Shown: positions 24,768 to 37,229, counted from the whole stretch's first letter. The stretch is DNA of 58,061 bases, filler included, from Sphacelaria rigidula (GCA_964200075.2; 8 parts of 8 records of this genome joined end to end with filler, not necessarily neighbours in it), one strand, 5' to 3'. The notes: generated by a model not told the origin, from the sequence alone. Numbers and translations are program-made.

Positions 24768-25379
24768 TTATTACCTGGTCCACCCTGCGGGGTAACTCCG
24801 CTGTTGTCCTGGCGGTGAGCTCAAAATAAATTGTCATACTACCTTGTTTCTCTGAGATCGTCGGTGTGTGTATTTAGATATTTCCAAGTGTTTCGTGGGC
24901 TGTTTGACGAATTGGTAATACTTCCAAAAGTCAAAGTGAGCGCCCAAAAAAAGTCGTGAATGGCGGCGATATCCTCTCGTATCTCAAGACTCTCCGAGGT
25001 GGCACAATCCATGATACCCCGTGCTACTCATACTCCGGCGAAAACTAGCGCTGAATCGCCAACAGTTCTTTTTCATACTTTTTTTTCCCATTGAGAAGTT
25101 GTTTCCCATCGAAATGTTGCGCCACGATGTCGCGACCAATTTATGCCGCACATCACCCACATGCTGATATATTGAGCTCTTCTGCATCGAGTGTTTCTTC
25201 AGTGTGCACGTCCCAGCAGTATCAACTACCCAGACAATAAAAGGCCAAAAACATGTGCAGGGGAAGACACCACCAAGCTGAAATTTCGGACAGCATTCGC
25301 TCCATGTTCAGAAGGAAACTTATGCGAGATGCCGTCGTGATGGGCAATAGCTAGTGTAGTACATCTGTTTCCTATATTC

Positions 25380-27356
25380 AGGGCTTTCATTCAAGCTATA
25401 GATCGTTGCTGGACTCCTTGTGTATCAAGAGGTATGTCCCCATATTATCGGCACCAAATCACAGCTGTTGAGATTTTCTGCTGTTCGAAACGCAAAAAAA
25501 TGACCACACTTTATATAATTTTATTCAATGCGTTTTAATTAATTCAATGCAGAGGTTACCCTATGGGTGTGGAGCCATTTCTGGCGTGCGAACGTGATGC
25601 AAACTCCCGTGTGGCAAATACAGTAAGCACAAGCTTGATGGGTGAAGACGGCATATTGTTATGTTGCTCCTTTCAGCTGCATCACACAGCAGAAAGCACA
25701 CAGCAGCTGTTGCGTGGAAATATTTACTAAAACAGTATAGAGAGTCATGCAATCCTAGCATGCGCCGTGACTCTACTCATTCATGTCTACAAGACAAGAT
25801 TTGACCCTTATATAGTAACAGTATCCAATCGGACTACCGTGCACACATCATCGCTGTCGATACTCGAAAAATTGTATACCTGTTTTTCTTTCCCATTCAA
25901 GTCGCCCTCGGAGGCGGGAGTAGAAAATACAGCTAGTAACATGACATGTTTGGTGTATGCCGCTATCATAGAATTGATTCTTGTATGGAGTAACGGCGGG
26001 CGTGTGGTGAAGCTTTGCTGGTTAGGAACAACCATGATATCGAACCGCGTGACAACTATGGTGAACGATACATATATATATATATATATACAGCGTCGCG
26101 CAAATCGGTACCCCCATTGTAATTTCTCGGTCATCGGACTGTATGTTAGATTGGTTCCGCGGCACACGAATAATCACGTTGGGAGCAAGCACATGCGGGA
26201 CGACTGACAGAAGTACGCAAGCATCGGTGCAACCGTTTGCGATGCGAAATCCAGCAGTGTACTGTAATAGTACAGTACAGTACAACACAGTAGAGTCGCT
26301 TATCATCGGGTGTCCACTCGCCATATATAAATGTTCATGTCGCGAACCAGCAAGTGCGGGACCGCTAAAACGCTGTACGCAAAAAATCTCAAAATACTCC
26401 GCATTTACATGGTGAAATCTACGGGAAGTGCTTAGATTTGGCTCAGCAGTCAAGTGCATCGGTATTGAGCAACAACAGGTCATATCTCGCCGAACAGTAA
26501 GCACGATTAATGTAGGATAATGGTGAGGGATAACTGGTAGACATCAAAATAACAACAGTACTCCGCATCAGGTTACAGAAATATGGGTATCACCCTGGTT
26601 CGCGCACTGTGCAAGCGTTGTGCAAATTCATGTTTAGTGACGGGATGCACACAGCAGATGGCCATCATTCATACAAGTTCAACAGCAAGAGACAGTTCTT
26701 CAAAAGTTTGATTCAACCAGTTTAGGGGTAGGATATCTTCGATTTTAAACAGTGCACAGCAAGCTCCAAATCAAGCGGGCAGTATTGCAACGGCAACCCT
26801 GGACCCCAGGATATAGATATACATGTGTGCGCTTATTGCAGACACATCGTAGTCCTGCATAGATGCCGTAAAAACGCGGCTTCACGTGGACGAGAATAAG
26901 CGCTGCGTGGATACGATAGCTTGAGTCCCGCGAATTTGGTAGTATTGGATGCAGAGCAAGCGACAACCCAGATGGGTGAGTATGTGACGCACTGGTCCTG
27001 TTTTCGGCTCGTAACTCAAACTGTAGGTTTCTCTATCACAAGGCACTCGTCAACAGCAGACAGCTGTTGTTGAAAGTAAGCACCGAGCTCTTTCTGTAAA
27101 GGAAACACCACTGAACGTCAAAGGGAGCTATATTACTTGTGACTTACACGTGTTATAGCTCATCACAGCTTGCCGGCAGAAGGGGAGACGTCACGCAGAA
27201 CAGATGAAAAGCTGATGATCCTTCTTGTGATTAGTTCTACGGCAGGCCTTTCTCTGACAGGTGAATCGCAAGTGGGCTTGGTCGGCGATGGTGCTCACGA
27301 TTACCCTCAAGGCTCACAGCTACGCATATAATCTTGTCATATACAAATCAGCATGA
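25380..27356 (+). pseudogene. Decayed multi-exon gene with short introns, product unknown
   Basis: Canonical splice signals bound several small exons. The last three are phase-consistent (..26975, 27027-27075, 27261-27356) and give RGFTWTRISAAWIR*LESREFGSIGCRASDNPDG/FLYHKALVNSRQLLLK/VNRKWAWSAMVLTITLKAHSYAYNLVIYKSA*. There is an in-frame stop and frameshifts. Confidence 0.45.
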
Positions 27357-30300
27357 CGCACTGTACCCCAAGCCAATCAAAGCTGTAGTAGCAGCAGGTA
27401 CACGCGGCTAATCGGGTACAACCCTTTTACCTTCAACCCGCTGCGTCAACAATACAAGGATCGAATCCTGCCTTATACAAACACACATTCGACTAGAATC
27501 CTTCCATACTCGCTGGTCGTTTCTAGGGACCATCTGCATGTCCACAAGCAATTAGTTTTAATTCAGGCACTCATTTACCATCGCATTAGCCCACCCTGGA
27601 TCGTTCAAGCGCAGTCGCTTTTCAGAAGGGACGAACTTGCATCGAGCCACACCTCTCCCACACCACAGAAAATTGAGACTCCATTTGAAGATCGAGTCCT
27701 CTTGGGTACGGGAAACGGGAAGGGGCGATCAACACAAAAAATCAGTAACTGGCCAACACAAGCACAAAGCAAAGAGAAAAAAATCGAACCGATACAATGA
27801 TTCGGTGTCCTCATGTTCCGTGAGTTCTTCAGACGGCGTCATGGGAAAGAAATAAATAAGAGAAAATTAAGAAAAATAAGACCCAAAATCAACAATCAAA
27901 CCATATCCATAAAATGCAGTGTTCCCAGAATGTCGTAAGCATTTGCGTGATAAGTACAGGAAATCAGAGACCAATCATTGAAACGGTTATCCTACCCTGC
28001 TAAACCTATATCATGAATAAATAGTTCGCTCTTTCCCGAATGTCCGATTTGTTTTGGGTCATTGGTAGAAAAACAAGCAAGCCCGCCAAGGCATGATATC
28101 ACTTCGATAACCAAGTTCATGCTAATCACTCGTTCCAGTCAATCAGTAAAAGCAAACAACGTACAGCCGAGTTCGTCGCGGAAATGGTAATTTCCCGCGA
28201 AAACCATACGTTGATAAAATAAAAAATAAATAGAATGGTACGGACAAATCAACTCGTTTGACGTGAGTTAATTGTCGGTACCTGTTTGTGAGAACGACTT
28301 GCTGGGGACGTCTGGTTGATGATCCAGTCGTACAGCATTTTTTTTTTTCTCACACGACGATACGAGAGCACTGACCGGTTTGTGAGATCAGGTGTCCGTA
28401 CACGTCAAAAGAAACGTGGTGGACAATACACAACCTTCGTTCCTACTGCGTAGTTCCGAGGCGGATCACCCAACACATTTCTGCACCACGACAAATACAC
28501 AGGACAGAGAGGACCAACGCAGCCCACTCCTCACATTATTTGCCCGTTCGGACTAAAATGAGACTGGCCCGAACACAAACTGGAGTAAAACCCACAGCCG
28601 GTCGTACCGTCACGTTACTTCGTCTAATAATCCCTGATAAAAACAAAACACCACCGACCAATTTCAGGGGCGGGTAATTGTACGCAAAAACCGGTAAAAG
28701 TGAGAGAAAAAAATAGCGAGTGGCGGACTCTGAGACTGTAGGCTATACCAACGGTCGAATATTGACATGGCGGAACGGACAGTTCCGAAAGAGCGACCTA
28801 CCTCATCATGATACGTGATGGTCGTGTATGAGGAGACGTTTGCAACCGATCTTACCACGACTTCAATAACCATTCTTTAACACCGCTATGTACGACGCGG
28901 CCAGTGGTGGCCTCGTTGTAACTTATCAATCACCAAAGTATAAATCATCGCGTCGCATTACCCGTGACCCTCCTATAAACGAGNNNNNNNNNNNNNNNNN
29001 NNNNNNNNNNNNNNNNNNNNNNNNNNNTTAATTAATTAANNNNNNNNNNNNNNNNNNNNNNNNNNNNNNNNNNNNNNNNNNNNTTTTTTTTTCTTGAGCA
29101 AGCGAATGTTTCTCTCCCCTTTTTTATTTTCACCTTGGTTAGTCGCGTACAGTGCGTATACCTTGCAACCCACTACAAGCTCCGAGATTCGCACCGAAAC
29201 AGCTAATCTTTGACGAAATCAACCAACTACATCTAACCTGAAAAACCCTACTGATCCTATCCGCCCGCCCCGACCGCGGGTCGGTTCAGGTGGTGTCTGT
29301 CGCACGTGGGGGCATGCTCGGGTTCGGCCGCAACGACCGCGGGCAGTTGGGGCTGGAGGGCAACCAAGCGCGCGCTTCACCGGTGAGGAGGCCAAAAAAC
29401 TACTCGCAACAGAAGGAAATTGTACTCCGTTCTTGAATGCCTCGCGCACGCGAGTAATCGTTGTCTCCTTCAACACTTGCGGGTGTGTAGTCCTTCGGGC
29501 TTGGGAACGGAACAAGACTGAGGTCGTGAGGTCGTGCGGGCTGCCCGTCCTGACTGACCCCTACCATCCTGCTGAGTTGCCATCATCAGCCAACCCAAAA
29601 CATCTAACTCCTATCATTCGTCATCCGCCAACAATAACCAATAACCTCGGATTCCCCTACGAAATCCCATCATGTTTGTTTATTGCTCGAGAATATCGGA
29701 TAATTAGGACAAGGCAAGACCTAGATGAATCAGAGAAGGAAAATCAGAAAAATAAATGGCAACAGAAGGGAGACTGGCTCCGCCCAGCTGCGACCTCGTC
29801 GCAGTGCGTACGCTAGCTATCGGGCTCACCCGAGACTTTTGTTCTTGAGTGTTGACCCTCCCTCTTCTGCAAGGCTAAAATAGTTAATACATCTCCCCAT
29901 CAGGCTGCCCGCTATGCTAAGCGTTCATCGTGACTAACATATTTTCTCTTTAGCTGTAGATTAGTGGTTCTGAAATACGGTGGGTTCCCCCCCCCCCCCG
30001 GCTCTAACGTAGACCACCAATGCTCGTGATTTTCAAAGGCTCCGCCCTCTGGATTTGTAGTGGACTTGACCCTTGCTCTGCCAGGTGGGTGGCTCACTGT
30101 ATCCTGCCCGAGTGCAGGGCATAATGCGTGGGACCTCTACCTGCACAACGCGCTAGCTGTCGAAGTACCAAGGTGGCCTCATTGCGCGTGATGACTTCCC
30201 ACCCACCCCGCTTGGACGTCTCCACTTTATCCATGCCCTCCCCACCCCGAACTTCTCTCCACTTTATCCATGCCTCGAACTGTCCAATGTAACCCTTCTT

Positions 30301-30391
30301 GGTAATACCACCTACGGGTGCGAGAGTTACATATTTGTATAGGCTCCTGCTCATCACGCACGCGCCCATGCTGTCCTTATCGTCTGAAGGG

Positions 30392-30459
30392 GGCGTACTC
30401 ATTTGTTGCTTGCCTTAGTCATTTGACCATTGACCACGCATCCCTTTCGAGACGGAGCA
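30392..30459 (-). mobile_element. Short C-tailed retroposed repeat with a 16-nt target-site duplication. Family members at ~35515, ~36195 (-), ~45295, ~49065, ~49225, ~49530 and ~50608
   Basis: CTCCGTCTCGAAAGGGATGCGTGGTCAATGGTCAAATGACTAAGGCAAGCAACAAATGAGTACGCC on the minus strand, flanked by direct repeats CTTATCGTCTGAAGGG (30376-30391 and 30468-30483). Confidence 0.75.
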
Positions 30460-32689
30460 CTTATCGTCTTATCGTCTGAAGGGAGGGAGTATTGGGAAGA
30501 TAGAGGTACCGAAGGAGGGCATATGCGTGTTGCCTTTTTTTTCAGTGTTCTTGTTTGGTGACGACCGACCACAGTTCACCGTCTAGTCGCCGTTTTGGCA
30601 TCGGTCCTTGCAGTAATAATTCGAATATGGCGTTACCCCGGCTACCGATGTCGTAGTATTGCCAACCGTGTCCTCCCGTTGACTGGTTAATCTTGTGGTG
30701 TACCTTATCTGCGGCTCATCTCGAGATCCCGTCTGCCAGTATTCTCTGACTCTCACTTTTCATACAAGTTCGGCTGTAAGGGCAATAGAGAGCGTGTACC
30801 GCGGGAGACTTTCAATTCTGGGCAGTAACCTCCGACAGCACCGAAGCTGGCATCGGGCAGATAACGGTGAGCGGCTCGGCGTTCCACCTGCGTAGAGAGT
30901 GATGCGCCGAGCGCTTACGCCAGATCAAACCCTTGGTGATCTGTTGCCCATTTCCAAAGGATACGCCACCGTGTAGCTCCCGCCATAGTTACATTTGTTT
31001 CTTCTTGTCATGTTGTTCGCGCCCTGCTCGATGGAGGCCGGATACTCGCAAGAGTTTTCCGACGAAATATGTACCAGCTCTGACTACGACGCATGCGAGG
31101 TTCATATACCTTGCCGGCCACGCTCAAAATTTCGGCGACGGAGGCGTGGAATCTATCGCTGGCATCATTTGATTTATGAAAAGTCGCGTATTGTTTGTAT
31201 TTTTCATCGAGGGTACCGAGAATCGTGTACTGCGCGTGTTTATCGTGTATCCTAACACCTCCGGGGTGGTTCCCAGCTAATACGTTCACTTGGAGGCAAG
31301 ACTAAGGTTTCACCTACTGCTCCTGGGCCGAGCAATCTCAAATTGTCGGACGCGAGTGACGCTGAGGCAATTAGTGCAGACTGGTGATTGCCGTCGTGTT
31401 GAACCTCGGCCAGGATGAAGTCACCCACATATGCGACGGCAAAGGAAGGATCTTCGGGTCCCCCGTCCTTCCAAAGGAGCTGGCAAGGTATTCTGTGGGA
31501 CCGGAGTGAAGAATCGTTCCTCCCACGGTGGAACTATTCGTAGGTGTTCCATCATCTTCGTTCCTTCGTCGAGAACATTTACATTATTCGCGGGTGTGTG
31601 GCAAGCTAGCATGTGCTACTGCTCGCGAGAACAAATCCCCAGAAATGGGGGATCCCAGTCCAACCGAATGTCAGACCAAAATCCGCTACTAGGATGTCGT
31701 CGATCGCGTAGCAGCATTTGTGGCCATGTCCTGCGACCGCGTGGACATTTCGAAAGCACTCGTTACGTCGGCTTTTGACAAGAAGATTCGTTTATTCGGA
31801 ACTTTCTTTCGGGGTCGTAGAGATTCTTGTAGTAGCCGAGGTAATGCTTCGCCGCAGAGACAGCTTGGAATTTCTTGTGAAGGGAAGTGTGTCGCCATTC
31901 AGTCCTCCTTCTGTGCCTGGTGGGCTCTCAGCGTCAAAAGAGAAATCGTATATGCTGGTTACTACGGCCCCCAGTGGGGCTACTCGCAGGTCGTTGATCT
32001 CTGGTGCTGACGATCGGTTGAAAACCAGGCAAGTATTTCTCCTGGCGTCTTCTGCTAATTTCTGCCTGACGTGTGGGAGGTGGTCGCGAAGGCCTCTGTG
32101 GTTGCCGTACGCCAGTGCTGTGGTCAGGTCAGGTGCCGCAGATGTCGTGTCTACGGGTGCTCGATACTCTAGTATATTCGTTACTTGTTGATCCCTGGAA
32201 GACGTTTGACTCCTCCAAAGTAGTGGTGGACTTCGCGGAGGTTCATCGGCGGTGACGCCAGGGTGCCGCCGAGCCTTTCCGCCACGTCTCCAAGGTTCCC
32301 GTTGTGTAGTCGCATTGATTCAGCGCATGCTCTTGCCGTGTACGCGATCATCAGTGTTGTGTTGGATGACGCTTGTGGCGCCAACGGTTCATCCCTCCTT
32401 CAATCCTTCCCAATGTCTCTTCAGTCGTGTTTCAATTATGTATTGTGCCGGCGTGAATGTTCGAGGGCCCAAATGGGAGATGCCGCGGTCGTCGACCCGC
32501 CGTTCCGTCCTACATGCCGTTTCTGGATTTTTATGTCCAGGAATTGTTACATGTGTCAGTCGACCCCCTGCTGGGTCCGCAATATAGGCATTTGAGTACT
32601 CGGTCCTACTGTCTCATTGTTGGCCAGTGGAATGGAACATGGAACAAACTGGTCTGGCTTGTTCTACGCGGGTACTTGTGCACGAGTCT

Positions 32690-33620
32690 GTCGACCCACT
32701 CTGGGTCTGAACTGAGCGCGTATTAGAGTTCGGTTCGGGAGGTGACGAGAAACTTATTTCAATTCTTCTGCTGCCCAGGCACCGTTACGTGCGTCGATTG
32801 ACCCAGTCTGGGTCTGCACTAGGCGCCTGTGGGTTCTCGGCTCTACCCTGACAACGGGTCTTGTCAGGGGGTGACTAGAAACGGGTTTCGATTCTTCTTT
32901 CGTCCGGATACTGACACACGCGCCTATCGACTCACTCTGGGTCTGCCCTAGGCACCTGTGGGTACTCGGTTCTATGCCGACGACGACGTCTGTCGGGGGG
33001 TGACGAGGAATGTCGATTCTTCTTTTCTCTGTAGGTACTAACACACCCGTCGATTGACTCACTCTGGGTCTGTACTGGGCGCTTGTGGTATCCGGTTCTA
33101 TCCCCACGACGATTTTTGTCGCGAGGTGATGGGAAACTGGTGTCCATTCTTCTTCTGTCCGGGTACTAGCGCACACGTCGATTGATTCACCCCACGTCTG
33201 CCCTCGGCGCCTTTTGGTACTCGGTTCAATCGCGACGACGAATTCTGTCGGAGGTTAACGAGGAAATAATGTCGCTTCTTTTTCTGTCCGGGTACTCTTT
33301 CCACACGCGTGGATTGATCCACTCTGCGTCTGCACTAGGCCCCTGCTGGTTCTCGGTTCTATCCCGACGAAGAATTCCGTCGGGGGGTGACGAGGAAATA
33401 GTCTCACTTCTTTTGTCTTTTCTCTCCGGGCACTGTTACACGCGTCGATTGACCCGCTCTGGGTCTGCACTAGGTGTGCATCGGTACTCGGTCCTAACTC
33501 GACCCCCTCCCTGATTCAGATGGTGACGAGAAACGAATCTGCTACGAGAAACTACTCTTGATTCTTCTATCTGGTCACTAGTACAGGATACAGTCGACCT
33601 ACTGTGTGCCTGCACTAAGC
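32690..33620. repeat. Diverged tandem array inside the YR retrotransposon, about 8 units of roughly 105-145 nt
   Basis: Recurring ACGCGTCGATTGACCCACTCTGGGTCTGCACTAGG...TACTCGGTTCTAT...GGGGTGACGAGGAA. On the minus strand it translates as a repeat of about 40 aa (QTQSESIGAC..RTKEE..VSxHP..VVGIEP). Confidence 0.85.
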
Positions 33621-36600
33621 GCGAGTTAATGCTCAAATTCTACAAAGCCACCATTGCACGTGATGGGTTTCGCCCGTGGGTGCGATTGTTTGGCACTGTT
33701 GAGTACTGACCATCGAATTACGGTTGGCTTCGATTGGGGTTCCGACACCTCTGGTTTTCCCCGTGTTGGAGGAGCGCTGGTCGGGGCAGTCGGTTGTGGT
33801 GGACAAACTGACTTGATGCCATTTTCGGGGGCTAGGTCTTGTTTGTAGTACACAGTAAGTAGTCAAGCCGTGAATACTCCCTGTTGATACTTCTTTTTTC
33901 CGGTTGGCACGTGTCTTTGGAGTGATTATACGTGATTTCGTTATGCTATGCCCAACTCATTCACTACTCACGCAAGTGGCCGGCCTGAGAGGTTGGGGAA
34001 ACGTGCTACCATTGCGGTATCCTTGTAGTCCGTCTCTACATGCTGCGTCGGTACTTGTATCCTCACCATGAAAGAAGTGTGGACCTACCGACCCAGGTTG
34101 AGGTGTGCCGGCCATGCACCCCGACCTGTGTGGGTCAGTGAACGAAGAGATGGCTGGAACAGGTTCTTTCCCGGTCGGCTCCGCCGCTGAGCGGCAGGGT
34201 CTGCACCCTCGGCAGCCCCCCGCGCTGGTACCAATGGTTCCTCCTCCCGCTCCCCCGCTTCGGGCCCCACCGTTTCCGACCTGCACTCCCCATTCGCCCT
34301 CACTGCTGCATTTCAATATCGGCTTCGGTGAGGGGCCATTGTTGTTGCCGGCGTTATTATTTCCTGCAGCCCCCGCGACATCTGGGTGAGCGGCGGCGTG
34401 TCTTGGAAACATGCATCGAGCGCCCCGAGGGCAGCGCAAGTCTTGGCCAAGAACGGATACATATAGATACGCCTGACGGCGGTGCCCACGAGGTGACTTC
34501 ATCGGAAAGACTCGAGAACGGCATGACGAGGCCGGGTGGTGTGGTGTATGCCACACTGGTAACTCCGAATGTCATGCCGGTACGGTCGGCCGTATCTTCT
34601 TTGTTAGTGTCGGAGGCGGGGTTGACGGAGGTGCGGCTGGCGAGCTGCTGCTTGCGCTTCGAACTGTGACGGTTCACTTTTGAGCTCCAAGCCGATCCTC
34701 TGTTCCGTCCGGCTAGGTTGAGGGGGTATCCGTTTGCGATCAACTGTTTCTGGTTGGATAAACGCGATCGACCGCACAGCCACGAGACTCCGTCGAGAAA
34801 CCCCTCTCGCCCCGCCCTACAACAACGATGACGACATCACCCCACTCTCCTATATCGCGCGAGTGAAGAAGCTGATCGCCAATGGACACCCTCTCAACCT
34901 CGTTGGGCGGTAGAGGGTCGACTTGGAGCTCAAGGCTTCACCGTAACAGTCGAAGCGCATGGAGCGGTCCACACCAGTATCTTCGTCAACCCCGACTCCG
35001 GCACCAACTCCAACATTGTGGCCGCCTGTCTGCTGGCCAACAGTGGAGAAGAGCCAACGGCGCTGTCGTTGATGGCGGAGATCAGTGCTTCCATGGCGCC
35101 CGTGAAATCGATTTCCAGACGCTGTGCCGTTGGGGTCCAGCCCACTGGAAGCGGAGGGCCGAACGCAGTGATGTCAAGCCCTTCAAGAGTTTGGATCATT
35201 CGACACATTCGCGGTTTGAACGCCGCAACATCCAGGTTGATGGGCTTGAAATTCCCGCCAGACAGCGAAAAATTCGGATTGCGTCTACCTTGCACTAGAT
35301 GCCATTTTGACGCTAGGGGGTTCGTTTACCAGTTGGATACATACTGTTTCTCTGCCTCTGACGCGGCTCTGTTCTTTTCCACCGTAGCTGACTCCGCTGT
35401 CGCCGGAGGAACCGTGAGGGCGGTACACTGGTGCATCGACGTGCGGATATCCTTATGTCGGTCAGGAGACACCCTGTGGTGTGTGGTGCTGCTCTATCAA
35501 GAGTAGGAACGGTCCTCCGTCTCGAAAGGGATGCGTGGTCAATGGTGAAATTACTAAGGCAAGCAACAAATTAGTACGCCCCTTCCGACCCCCCCTCCCA
35601 CCCCCGCCCCCTGCGCGCGCGCTTTGAAGTAGATTGCTTCATGTTCACAACGGTCATTGTCAACAGCTCAGATTTTTCTGGAATCCCGAGCGTGAAAAAA
35701 CAATACATAAAAATTTCGAGTCAAGACGCTGTTCGAAAGTGTCTCATGTATCACGGTTTTGAAGGATCATACAGTATGAACGGAGTAAGGACCCTAGGGG
35801 CGGGATCGTGTTCCCCTTCGGTCTAGATTGATCTGGTGTACTACAGAGTAGTGCATCGTGCTGTGCCCGTTCATGACCCTCTCCGTCGCCTTTTCCTAAT
35901 ACCCGACGAACGCAACACACGCTCATGGATGGTCAGGAGCCGCAGCGGAGCATAGATGCGGTTTTAATTCAAGTGGCGTGCGGGTACTACCATACTGCCG
36001 TCCTCACCGAGGCAGGGGACGTACTGACGGTCGGGCGTAACGACTATGGTCAGCTGGGCCTTGGGCATGTCGAGGACATCACGTAAGATTGGAAATGACA
36101 ACATACCGCGTGTGTATGTGTGTGCTAACGTGTGCCTGTGCTTTGTGACAAGGTTGGGGGTTTGCCCCTGACTGTAGAAGGAGTGGGGGGAGAGGGGGGG
36201 TGTACTCATGATCATGCATGCCATAGTCGACAGACCATTTACCTCGCATCCATNNNNNNNNNNNNNNNNNNNNNNNNNNNNNNNNNNNNNNNNNNNNTTA
36301 ATTAATTAANNNNNNNNNNNNNNNNNNNNNNNNNNNNNNNNNNNNNNNNNNNNTCTGCGCACAGGTAAAAAATGCGGCGGTTCCTAAAGTGGCCGTTAGT
36401 CCAAAATGCCTGTACTGCTGCGGACAAGACGCAAAGAGGTAACACAGCGCCGACACACCTAGCCACGAAAACAGACGGATAGATATTCACCACTCACGTG
36501 CATTAGCTCAAGCGCTAGCTCTTGATCATTTACACACGACAGCCTTTGTTTGACGGAAATCCGTCCAGTGTTGGATGAAAGGCGGCCGCTTGCGTGTCAA

Positions 36601-36859
36601 CTAGCAACCGAAAACGTGCTGTTGCTGACTGTTTCTTGAGCGTGTGCTGTGCGCGCATCTCACGCAAATCATCATCTCTCACTAAATTTTGAACCGATTT
36701 GAACAAGGTCACGCACAGCGTGCTCAGCTGATGAGCAGCAATGAATGGAGCGGTGTGTTGAGGTTTGAGAGGCTAATGCATTCCTCAGGTTCACGTTTGA
36801 TTGGAGGCCTCTTTACCAACTGGTCGGAAAAAATGGTTGACGCACTATGGAGATGCCGA

Positions 36860-37020
36860 CAACCCTAACGCTAACTCTAACCCTAACCCCGACCAAGGCA
36901 TACCGAGAACACTCGGGCAAGGGGGTACAGAGTGTTCCCTAGGCAAAGTGTGCGTTGCCAGAGTTAAATCGACGCCTTTCAGCCGATTTTGGAACAAAAC
37001 ACGTTCTGGACAAGCTGGGT
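36860..37020 (+). repeat. Dispersed repeat starting with degenerate (TAACCC)n. Other copies at ~6290-6440 and ~38380-38490
   Basis: TAACCC-like run followed by ACCGAGAAC.CTCGG..AAGGGGG...AAGTGTGCG.TG...AAATCG, with a more diverged version in the 38380 copy. Confidence 0.75.
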
Positions 37021-37229
37021 CTACTGCTCACCACTGCTCACCTGTATCTGTTGGTGGTTTCATCCATCGCCCCGACTAAGACGAGAAAGTGATTTTTTTG
37101 CACTTTTTGGAGGGGGTGGTATCGCAGCAATCAATCACCGGTCGTGTTTTACCAAAGTGATTTCTTGAAAAGTGATAATCATTTCTGATAAGACCCCGCC
37201 TCACTTGCGATAAGACCCCGCCTTATAAG

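Larger units (their letters stand above)
29900..35300 (-). mobile_element. Decayed DIRS/Ngaro-type tyrosine-recombinase retrotransposon: gag-like (35300-34000), RT/RNase H (about 31900-30800), internally deleted YR (30370-29930)
   Basis: RT motifs RIFLSKADVTSAF(RNV), LTFGW and YVGDF (decayed YVDD); RNase H YLPDASFGAVGGY; YR N-terminal LAPVGGITKKGYIGQFEAWIKW fused directly to C-terminal YALHSGRI. The order gag-RT-RH-YR fits DIRS-like elements. Confidence 0.85.

Noticed and set aside
27261..27356. Fanzor/TnpB N-terminus (YAYN) or MBOAT K.HSYA motif
   Set aside because: No RuvC or zinc-ribbon motifs follow, there is no multi-transmembrane context, and the exon ends in a stop a few codons later.
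32690..33620. CRISPR-like array
   Set aside because: The whole unit is homologous between copies, so there are no unique spacers. It is a diverged tandem repeat inside a retrotransposon.
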